Below are positions 8,818-17,118 of a stretch of DNA of 64,000 nucleotides, in pieces. A program made the position numbers and the translations under genes. The notes beneath the pieces were generated by a model. That model did no database searches and was not told where the DNA came from. It was given only the letters and a program-made list of their open reading frames with translations. The stretch is from a virus (Duplodnaviria; Caudoviricetes), in the IMG/VR virus record IMGVR_UViG_3300028048_001497, positions 1 to 64,000 of that record. One strand, given 5' to 3'. Each line of letters opens with the position of its first letter. The stretch's first letter is position 1.

Positions 8818-11800
8818 ATGCTCAATGAGGTAAATGGAAAACTACTAACCAATCCGAAGGTAGAAGTTCCTGAATGGATAAATAACATTGAATTTAAAAA
8901 TCCTGTTGAACGTAGAATGAATATTACTTTTGATAATGATGTTATTAATCGTAAGCACGTAATAGCAGAACGTAATAATAATTTAGGTAATGTTCGTGAT
9001 ATGAAATTTTCATTTAATGACAAGCAATTACAAGTGTTTGCTATGAATGAATTAGCTAAATTTTTAAAGAAACAACGTTATACTGCAAAACCAACAGTAG
9101 CAAATAATCAAGTAATTATTAAAGCTAATTTGGAAAATAATCCATTAGAATATACATTCAAGTATATGGATAATAATGGTAAGATTGTTGCAGATAAAAT
9201 GTTTACAACAAAGATTGCTAATATGGTAAATGAATATCCATATAGCGAAGCAGGTTTGGAAGATTCAATAGAAGATAGTCAAACAGTAGATTTGAAGAAA
9301 CCAACGAAAGTAAAAACCGCAACATATCAATATACAGTTATGACACGTTATGAAATTCTTCAACGTTGTAATAATCGTTTAAGCGTTGCAAAAGAATTGA
9401 TTGAAAAGAATATCAAAGAAGGAAATATTGTAGCCATTGGCAGTAATGAATATGCTTCTACGTATGATATTAATTATCTATTTCCTGATACAAAAGAACA
9501 ATTTGCAGGTGAGGTATCACATACCGCAGAATTTGTTAATAATCGCGTATCAAAGGCTAGTTATGAAAATAAATCTGCAAATCGTTTGGCAATTGAAGCT
9601 AGTAATATTATCAATCATACATTCAATGTGTATAAAGTGGTTGATGCTAGTAGAGATAATGACAATCTGTATATTACATCTATCATTAGTCATAATGATA
9701 TGAGAGATAAATTTGGTTTTGTATTTAATATTGAAAACGAAAAAGTAGCCAAATTGCAATATATTGAAGATGAAAAGATGAACCGTTTTACGGTTGCTCA
9801 ATTATTGCAGAAATTTGGTGAAGATGATAAAGAAATTAAAGAATATCTCAATGGTGAAAATAAGCAGATTGCAGGTGGTTATGTATATTCTGCAAAAGAA
9901 TTGAAAGCTCAATTGCATAATTATATTTCTTCTGATAATATTAATCAGATGATTCAAAATTGGGAAGGAAACAATCTAGTAACTAAATTAAATTCAACGA
10001 CATATGCTTCTAATAAATCTTTGTCTGAATTAGTTCGTGGAACGAAATTTAGAAGTAAGAATGAGATTGAAAATATTAAAAAGGCAAAAATTCGTTTTGG
10101 TAATGATGATAAATTTTATTCTTATGAAACAAAAGATAATGATACACGTACACAACAGGCAGTCAGAAATATAGAAGCCTATAAAGAAGCAGTCGTAGCA
10201 CAAGTAAATCACAAATTTAAAAATTGTGATGTAAAAATGCTTAGTAAAGATAAATTCGTATTATCTTTTATGAATAGTAATAATAAAAAGAGAATTGTAT
10301 CAGGATATATTAATAAAGGAAATATTCTTTGCAAAGCAGGAACGAGATACGTGAATTTAGATGAATTAAAATCTATGTTCAAACGTAGCAAATTACTTAG
10401 TGCTTATGTAAATGATGCAGATGAAGATGTTTCTAAAGAACATAAAATGGTGATTAGCCATAAGCAATTCGTTGATAATTTAAAAGATTATTTGACAGAA
10501 GAACAGACAAATCAATTGATTAATGAATTGGTTGATAGCAAAAAGATTGCTAAGATTAATTCTAATACATATGTAGCTAATACATCATTTGAGAATTTAT
10601 TAAATGCTTATACAAAAGATATAGACAAGAATTTAAAGGCATCTAATTTAGAAAAAGCGAATAGAACTACATTGTCTGAATTGGTAAGACATTATATCAC
10701 AGATAATGATACAAGAACGCAAGAAGCATTGGATAAAAAAGAACAACGTTTTGTTAAAGCATATAATCTGATTGGAAAATATTTGAATGATTTTGATTTG
10801 AAGATGTTAGATAGTCAGAATATGGTAATTGCATTTAAAGCCAAAGATAATAAAAAGCGCAATATTGTTGCTAAATTAAGTAATGACAATATTTATTGCA
10901 ATATTAACAATAAAATGATTGAAATTAAAGATTTGGCAAATCGTTTTAAGAATAGCAAAATGTTAAGTGCTTATCTGAAAGAAAATAATTCTGATAGTCA
11001 CAATAAAGTAATTATTTCAAAGAGAAATTTCCACGAAAAATTATTTAATATTCTTTCTAAAGAAGATATAGATACAATGATTGATGAATTGGTTAAGAAT
11101 AATGTAATCAAGAAAATTGCAAGTACATTGTATGCTTCTGAACAATCTTTCGAGGATTTAATGCGTAACAGCAATTTAAATGTAGCAGAAGGATTAAAGG
11201 AAGATAATTTAAATAAGGCAAATAAAGTAGCAGATAAAGAATTAGAAGCAGAATACGTTGATGATGCAGATACTAGAAATGTAGAAAAGAAATTAACGGT
11301 TTCTGAATTTAAATCACAATTTGCTAGTGCATTACCAAAACATTTAGAATGTGTTAAATTTGATTCTATTAAAATGGATGATGATAGTGTACGTTGTACG
11401 GCACAAATTTTTAATAGAAATAATGGTTTAAGCATAACTGCTAAATTTGATATGGGCATTGAAAATGGTTTGGTTAATACAGAAAGCGAAAAAGATTTAG
11501 ATAGCTTATTTAAACTTTCTACAATCAATCAAACATATAACGAATATGCTTCTAATAAGCACGAGAAACACAACATTATTTTATCTAAGCGTGAAATGCT
11601 TAATAAGATGAAGAAAATTGCAAATGAAAAAGATATTCTGAATACTATTAATCAATGGGAAAAGTCAAAGAAGATTAGCAAGATAGATAGTGATAAGTAT
11701 GCTAGTCAGTATAGTTTAGAAGAATTGCTTTCATTGAGTGATTTGAGTGCTTATGATAAAGAAATGATTGATAGTCAATTCAAGAAAGCACAGGTAAATG

Positions 11801-12045
11801 GATTAGCAATACCAAAAGAATATCATATGCAAGATAGCGATAGTAAAGATATTAAAAATATTTCTGATGGAAAAACGAAACAATATTTTGATGATTTACA
11901 TGCAAAAGCACAATATCGTTTGAGTTCATTAATTGGCGCAAACAAAGTATCTAAGACTAGAGTTAGTTTGTTGCAGAATGAATTAAATCAGGCAAATACT
12001 TTTGAACAATTAGATGAATTTAATAAGAAATTAAATCGTTATTAA
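8818..12045 (+). CDS. Large internally repetitive hypothetical protein (probable virion/inner-head protein)
   Basis: AAGGAG SD; five repeats of a K-I-x-S-x-x-Y-A-S-like motif and DNDTR-like spacers. Confidence 0.75.
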   Translation: MLNEVNGKLLTNPKVEVPEWINNIEFKNPVERRMNITFDNDVINRKHVIAERNNNLGNVRDMKFSFNDKQLQVFAMNELAKFLKKQRYTAKPTVANNQVIIKANLENNPLEYTFKYMDNNGKIVADKMFTTKIANMVNEYPYSEAGLEDSIEDSQTVDLKKPTKVKTATYQYTVMTRYEILQRCNNRLSVAKELIEKNIKEGNIVAIGSNEYASTYDINYLFPDTKEQFAGEVSHTAEFVNNRVSKASYENKSANRLAIEASNIINHTFNVYKVVDASRDNDNLYITSIISHNDMRDKFGFVFNIENEKVAKLQYIEDEKMNRFTVAQLLQKFGEDDKEIKEYLNGENKQIAGGYVYSAKELKAQLHNYISSDNINQMIQNWEGNNLVTKLNSTTYASNKSLSELVRGTKFRSKNEIENIKKAKIRFGNDDKFYSYETKDNDTRTQQAVRNIEAYKEAVVAQVNHKFKNCDVKMLSKDKFVLSFMNSNNKKRIVSGYINKGNILCKAGTRYVNLDELKSMFKRSKLLSAYVNDADEDVSKEHKMVISHKQFVDNLKDYLTEEQTNQLINELVDSKKIAKINSNTYVANTSFENLLNAYTKDIDKNLKASNLEKANRTTLSELVRHYITDNDTRTQEALDKKEQRFVKAYNLIGKYLNDFDLKMLDSQNMVIAFKAKDNKKRNIVAKLSNDNIYCNINNKMIEIKDLANRFKNSKMLSAYLKENNSDSHNKVIISKRNFHEKLFNILSKEDIDTMIDELVKNNVIKKIASTLYASEQSFEDLMRNSNLNVAEGLKEDNLNKANKVADKELEAEYVDDADTRNVEKKLTVSEFKSQFASALPKHLECVKFDSIKMDDDSVRCTAQIFNRNNGLSITAKFDMGIENGLVNTESEKDLDSLFKLSTINQTYNEYASNKHEKHNIILSKREMLNKMKKIANEKDILNTINQWEKSKKISKIDSDKYASQYSLEELLSLSDLSAYDKEMIDSQFKKAQVNGLAIPKEYHMQDSDSKDIKNISDGKTKQYFDDLHAKAQYRLSSLIGANKVSKTRVSLLQNELNQANTFEQLDEFNKKLNRY

Positions 12046-12068
12046 AAATTAAATAGGGGAGCTTTGCT

Positions 12069-12332
12069 ATGAAACGTTTAGTGAAATTATCTGAATTGGA
12101 TATGGACGAGCTTGAAAAGGAATATCGCCGTATTATAGAAGATAATGAAAAAGATTTTTATGACAAAGGACATAAAAATTACGAATTAAAAGAACATACA
12201 AATAACGATGCTAAGACGTTTCTTATCAATCCTACCAATTTGGTTGATTATGATGATGACCAAAGAGATACAAGTCCACGTCCTGGTATTCCTGGTCCGT
12301 GGGCTTCTTCTTTACGTTGGATAGGGAGATAA
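12069..12332 (+). CDS. Hypothetical small protein (MKRLVK start)
   Basis: GGGGAG SD; ORF track. Confidence 0.7.
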   Translation: MKRLVKLSELDMDELEKEYRRIIEDNEKDFYDKGHKNYELKEHTNNDAKTFLINPTNLVDYDDDQRDTSPRPGIPGPWASSLRWIGR

Positions 12333-12335
12333 AAA

Positions 12336-12698
12336 ATGAAAAGATTAGCTAAAAATATGTATTCTAAGCCAACAATGGAATTAAATGGATTTATGACAAA
12401 AGGCGGGATATATTATCAATATTCTGTTCGATTGTTAAACAATAAACCAATGTATTCTATCTTGGCTATAGATACTTATGATACTTCTTCTTTATATGAT
12501 GGTAGTTCATTTGAAGAATCTTTTGAATTTTTTTGTGAATTAGCGATTGCTTTAAAAGGCGTTAATTATGCAGAAGATTTTGCAAGAGAAAAACAATTAG
12601 TATTAGATAAAGTAGACTTGTTAAAAGAAAAATCACAGGACATGACATTAAAAATGAAACCATTATCATTAGGTGATTCGGAATTTATAAATGGATAA
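12336..12698 (+). CDS. Hypothetical small protein (MKRLAK start)
   Basis: GGGAG SD; ORF track. Confidence 0.7.
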   Translation: MKRLAKNMYSKPTMELNGFMTKGGIYYQYSVRLLNNKPMYSILAIDTYDTSSLYDGSSFEESFEFFCELAIALKGVNYAEDFAREKQLVLDKVDLLKEKSQDMTLKMKPLSLGDSEFING

Positions 12699-12713
12699 AA
12701 AAAGGTGTGTCTA

Positions 12714-13778
12714 ATGACAAAAAGTGAAATGAGAAAAAAATATTCTATGGAAAATATAGTACGTTCTAAGAACGATTTTTCCTTAGAAGTATATTTTGGT
12801 AATGTTTGTAATTATAATTGTTCCTATTGTTTTGATGCTTATACAAGAAAAGAGCATTGGTCTAATTGGAATAAGGAACAAACAGATAAGTGCTTAAAAT
12901 TTATTGACAGTATAAAAACATTATATGACGTTAATATTTATGGTGGAGAACCTAGTTCATGGAAGTATTGTTTGTATTTTATAGATAATATACGTTCAGA
13001 TGTTCATGTATCTATTATTACCAATGGTTCAAATAAAAAATTCACAAAAGAAGTTTGTGAATTGGCCAAGAAAAACAATAGACAATTGTTATATTGTATG
13101 TCTGTACATTATGAAAAATATTTAGAAGATAAAGAAGCATATATGGATAATTTAAAATATGTATATCATACAATTGAACAATATAAAGATAATGTGGCAT
13201 TAGAGTTCGTTTTATTGTTAGACCAAAAAAATACATATAAATATATGGATTTATTAAATCTCTTATTAAGAGAAGGTAATGAAAATACTTTTTCTGCTAC
13301 GCTTTCTTATATAAGAAGGACTCAAGATGTAGAAGAATGTATTAAAAATTATTGCATGATACCAAAATTAGATAAAGACGTTCAAGAAAAAGCAAAGAAA
13401 TTGTTTTCATTGGATAGATTTAGGATTGCAGAAAAAAATCTTTTTTATCACAGAAAATGCCCACAATTTTATCATCATGCAGAAGTACAGTTTGATGGAA
13501 GATTACTTTCAACAGATTGTCAACAAGGAAGATTATCTAAAAAATCAATATTTGATGATGATTTTGATTTAAAAGATGAACAATTTGTTTGTGAATGTTG
13601 TCAAAAACATGAAAAAAATAATTATTCATGTGAAAAAGTTCATGGTATGTTAAATAATTTTGATAATGTATTTGAATGGTTAAATAGTGATATGTTTGAT
13701 GAAACAATGAATGAAATGAACAAAGAACGCCTGCGTGTGTCTGAATGGGATGATAATAATGAAAAGATTAGTAAGTAA
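12714..13778 (+). CDS. Radical SAM protein with Cys-rich C-terminus
   Basis: CNYNCSYC, YGGEP and ITNG motifs; C-terminal Cys residues. Start at the ATG after AAGGTG. Confidence 0.85.
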   Translation: MTKSEMRKKYSMENIVRSKNDFSLEVYFGNVCNYNCSYCFDAYTRKEHWSNWNKEQTDKCLKFIDSIKTLYDVNIYGGEPSSWKYCLYFIDNIRSDVHVSIITNGSNKKFTKEVCELAKKNNRQLLYCMSVHYEKYLEDKEAYMDNLKYVYHTIEQYKDNVALEFVLLLDQKNTYKYMDLLNLLLREGNENTFSATLSYIRRTQDVEECIKNYCMIPKLDKDVQEKAKKLFSLDRFRIAEKNLFYHRKCPQFYHHAEVQFDGRLLSTDCQQGRLSKKSIFDDDFDLKDEQFVCECCQKHEKNNYSCEKVHGMLNNFDNVFEWLNSDMFDETMNEMNKERLRVSEWDDNNEKISK

Positions 13779-13944
13779 TCCTATAACGCACAGAGAAATA
13801 CCGATGCAAATAGGCTTGGAGAATAATACTTATGAAGATAAAATGATAAATAATGGAGAAATTGAGAATAGCAAATATACTCCTGAATATAAATTTGAAG
13901 AATCTATAGATAATAATGAATGGCGATTGTTAAGCGAAAAATAA
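13759..13944 (+). CDS. Hypothetical small protein (MKRLVS start)
   Basis: In-frame ATG within ORF 13735..13944; shares the KRL motif. Confidence 0.6.
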   Translation: MKRLVSNPITHREIPMQIGLENNTYEDKMINNGEIENSKYTPEYKFEESIDNNEWRLLSEK

Positions 13945-14048
13945 TATAAAATACATTATTTTATCTATTTTGTTTTTAGGTAACAAATAGATTTTAATAT
14001 AATAAAATTGATATATTATTATTTTTTAATAAAGGTTGTGAAGATAAA

Positions 14049-16046
14049 TTGAAGATTGAAACGAATAGTGGTTCACTTCCATCTTGGTTGGATAATTTTG
14101 TTAGTAAAATCCAGACAAAGAAAGTAGCTACAAAGAATGTTAAGAATTTGCCAACAGTTAATTGGAAGAATGAAACATATTATGTAAATCTTACAGATGA
14201 TGGTGCAGTTCTTTATAATGACCAGGCAAATGAAGTTATGCAGTTGAATGGTGTAAAATCCATTGAACAGGTTAATGATGAATTAAATAAAGATTCTGTT
14301 GTTGCTAGTAAAACAAAAGTAGCAGATGATGGAAACGATTCAACCGATTCACAAGCTATTACAAAAGATAATGGCGGTAATGTTGAAGCAAGTAAATCAA
14401 ATTATTTTGATTTAGATAAAACTGCTGAAACAGAAGATGTGAGCGGTGTTGGAGATAGTGGTATGGAAAGCGAAATTGGTGGATTTGGCGTTCCAACAGA
14501 CCAAACTGTAGATGTTAATGCTTCTATTAATCAAGGTGTAGAAGATATTTCAGGTGAACCACATGAAGGTGTACAGGACATCGAAGGTGAACCACACGAA
14601 GGAATTGAAGAAGCAGGCACAGATAAGTATCAAAATAATGCAGGTTCTAATGATGTAGAATTTGATGCTGAATTGGCAAAAGTAGCAGATTTAGAAAATG
14701 GTCAGCCACAGGAAACTGAAGAAGGTCAAGAAAATACTGCTACTGATACTACTAATGAAAATGGTGAAAATAAGGACGAAAATCAGCAGGAACAGGCTAC
14801 AACGGCTTCTATCAATGAAGGCATCGAGGATGTTTCAGGCGAACCTCACGAGGGAATAGAGGACGTTTCAGGTGCTCCACATGAAAGTATTGAAGAAACA
14901 GGAACAGATAAGTATCAAAACAATGCTAGTTCCGCTACTCATGAATTTGATGCAGGTAATTTTGTATCAAAAGCAAGTTATAATCGTCTATTAGCAAAGG
15001 TAAAGCAACTTGAAAAGAAACTTACTGCTATGGATAAGAAAGCAGAAGATTGGTCAGGAGATGCTGGTTCAGTAGGATTCCAAGATTTTGGTAATGCAAT
15101 TGTCGATGGAGTAGAAACATTTGTCGATGGTGCAGGCGCAGTTGGGAATGCAATTGGTAATGCAATTAGTAATGCTTTTTCTTCAAGAGATTCCAAAAAA
15201 GATGTTAGATGTAAACATTTAATTGCCAATATTCCTGAAGGTGGAATAAATATGACAGATTTACCTGGATATGATGAATCTGTTGCAGGTGATGATATGT
15301 CTAATATGCGTATAATGCCATCCGAACCACCGTCAAATGATGCAGATAGCCGTGATTTTAATAATGCAGGACAGTTTGGTGGAATCTTTGGTAAAAAAAA
15401 GAGAAAAGCATATACAGAAGCACAACACGCATATACTTCTCCTGAAAATGATGCTTATGATTTAAATAGTCAAGATGAAGAAGTAAAACATTTTAATGAA
15501 TCTGAAAAAGCTACTCAAAAGGTTATTAATAAAGAACATGAATTAGACCTTTCTAATATGTCAGACCGTGCTAAGTTAAATGAATTTTTCTTAGATGATA
15601 TTGACAAGGATATGGATGTTGTAGAAGATGCTTTGGAAGAAGTACCTTCTCACGATGAACTTGTTGATATGGTAGAACAAGACCCGCAGGGCGCAGATGA
15701 AGAAGTTGCAGATACACCTGATACTGAAGAAGAAGTTGTAAAAGTAGACGATGAAGCACCAACAGATGAAGTAGAAGTAGATGCTCCTGTTGAAGAAGTG
15801 GTTGAAGAACTTCCTTCTGATGAAGATGCAGTAGTTGTTGAAGAAGCACCAACAGATATGCCGGTTATTGTTACATTAGATAGTCCTGATGATGTAGATA
15901 AGTTTGTAAATCAACAATGTCCAATTTGCAATGCTAAAAAATCATTACAAGGTATACAAAAGGTTGCAACTTTGACAGGTGTGGTTTGCAAGCATTGTGG
16001 TCAAGAGTATGCAGTTGGAAAAGACCACATTTATTTAAAAAAATAA
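14049..16046 (+). CDS. Acidic low-complexity protein with internal repeats and C-terminal zinc ribbon (probable scaffold/inner-head protein)
   Basis: Duplicated ~50-aa block (GEPHEG repeats, GTDKYQNNA, EFDA) and CPIC...CKHC at the C-terminus. Confidence 0.7.
   Translation: MKIETNSGSLPSWLDNFVSKIQTKKVATKNVKNLPTVNWKNETYYVNLTDDGAVLYNDQANEVMQLNGVKSIEQVNDELNKDSVVASKTKVADDGNDSTDSQAITKDNGGNVEASKSNYFDLDKTAETEDVSGVGDSGMESEIGGFGVPTDQTVDVNASINQGVEDISGEPHEGVQDIEGEPHEGIEEAGTDKYQNNAGSNDVEFDAELAKVADLENGQPQETEEGQENTATDTTNENGENKDENQQEQATTASINEGIEDVSGEPHEGIEDVSGAPHESIEETGTDKYQNNASSATHEFDAGNFVSKASYNRLLAKVKQLEKKLTAMDKKAEDWSGDAGSVGFQDFGNAIVDGVETFVDGAGAVGNAIGNAISNAFSSRDSKKDVRCKHLIANIPEGGINMTDLPGYDESVAGDDMSNMRIMPSEPPSNDADSRDFNNAGQFGGIFGKKKRKAYTEAQHAYTSPENDAYDLNSQDEEVKHFNESEKATQKVINKEHELDLSNMSDRAKLNEFFLDDIDKDMDVVEDALEEVPSHDELVDMVEQDPQGADEEVADTPDTEEEVVKVDDEAPTDEVEVDAPVEEVVEELPSDEDAVVVEEAPTDMPVIVTLDSPDDVDKFVNQQCPICNAKKSLQGIQKVATLTGVVCKHCGQEYAVGKDHIYLKK
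14520..14953 (+). repeat. Two copies of a ~150-bp coding repeat (about 14520-14668 and 14805-14953)
   Basis: ASINQGVEDISGEPHEGVQDIEGEPHEGIEEAGTDKYQNNA versus ASINEGIEDVSGEPHEGIEDVSGAPHESIEETGTDKYQNNA. Confidence 0.85.
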
Positions 16047-16063
16047 GGATTGGTGAATTATAA

Positions 16064-16306
16064 ATGAGTGATATGAATTTAATTCATGGTCGTAGCATTT
16101 GTGCTATGGTAAATGACAACACTTCTGTTAAGGAAATGTTACAGATGATGGGTGTAGACCCAACAGCGGAAATGGTTAGTGAAGCGATTAATCATTTTGC
16201 TCTTAATGGCGGAAATGTTACAATGGAAACTCTTTATGATTTTCTAAAGGAAAAGAATATTCTTACAGATAATCAGAAAGTTGCTTCTGTTGCAGATGCG
16301 CGTTAA
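16064..16306 (+). CDS. Hypothetical small protein
   Basis: GGTGA SD; ORF track; ends KVASVADAR. Confidence 0.7.
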   Translation: MSDMNLIHGRSICAMVNDNTSVKEMLQMMGVDPTAEMVSEAINHFALNGGNVTMETLYDFLKEKNILTDNQKVASVADAR

Positions 16307-16336
16307 TAAAAAAAGTCTTGTCGGTTGAAAAAATAC

Positions 16337-16365
16337 TTGACAAGACTTTTTGTTTTTGTTATAAT
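16337..16365 (+). promoter_or_regulatory. Consensus sigma-A promoter overlapping the terminator of the upstream operon
   Basis: TTGACA-17 nt-TG-T-TATAAT; the -35 lies in the AAAAAGTCTTGTC/GACAAGACTTTTT hairpin. Confidence 0.8.
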
Positions 16366-16369
16366 AAAG

Positions 16370-16508
16370 ACAGAAAGTAGATGGCAATTCACATTGTCCG
16401 TGATGTCAACGAACGATATTAGACCAATATCATTTCTATTTTTATGTTAGATTTTTCATTTTGAGTTGTCTCTTGAAAAAGGCTAGAATTTTTTCTAGTC
16501 TTTTTTTA
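16370..16508 (+). ncRNA. Candidate small RNA
   Basis: Bounded by a consensus promoter and the AAAAGGCTAGAA/TTCTAGTCTTTT terminator, with no convincing ORF. Confidence 0.45.
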
Positions 16509-16585
16509 TGTTCGCTATTATAAAATGTGTCATATGAATATATTTTTTCGTTGATAAATTAATAAGCCTACGGAGGAATAAAAGT

Positions 16586-16930
16586 ATGTTTTTATCCAAT
16601 GACTATAAAGAAGATGAATATACGGAAGAATCATATTCTTATGATGAAGAAGAACAACAAAATCAATCGTTTAATTTTAATGATGATGAAATTTTAAATA
16701 ATTTAGATAACAATCAAATGCCAACAGTTCAAAAAGCAAAAGCTACCACGATGAAAAAGAAAAAGAAACCTGTAAAACTTTTTGATATTGGCGATGAAGT
16801 GGTATATAGGAAAAAGAGTGCATTTGTTGTTTTTGGACCGTTTGAAAAGAATTATAAACAAGTGTATGAACTTCAAATGGAAGATGGTAGTGTAGTAAGT
16901 GCTATTTCAGATTCTATTAAGAAAAAATAA
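16586..16930 (+). CDS. Hypothetical protein, acidic N-terminus and SH3/KOW-like C-terminus
   Basis: GGAGG SD; FDIGDEVVY beta-barrel-like pattern. Confidence 0.65.
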   Translation: MFLSNDYKEDEYTEESYSYDEEEQQNQSFNFNDDEILNNLDNNQMPTVQKAKATTMKKKKKPVKLFDIGDEVVYRKKSAFVVFGPFEKNYKQVYELQMEDGSVVSAISDSIKKK

Positions 16931-16963
16931 AAATAGAGGTGTTTTTATCACCTCTATTTTTTT
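16931..16963 (+). terminator. Intrinsic terminator
   Basis: AAATAGAGGTG/CACCTCTATTT plus T-run. Confidence 0.8.
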
Positions 16964-17118
16964 ATGTTTATAATCTCTTTGTTAATAAATATAAGAATTA
17001 TTAAAACAAAAAACTATATATTCATAATAGGAACATTGAAATAAATTATCTTTTAGGATAATTTTTACATAAGCAATTATTTCCATTAAAAATTTATAAG
17101 TAGAGGTGGAACAAAACT

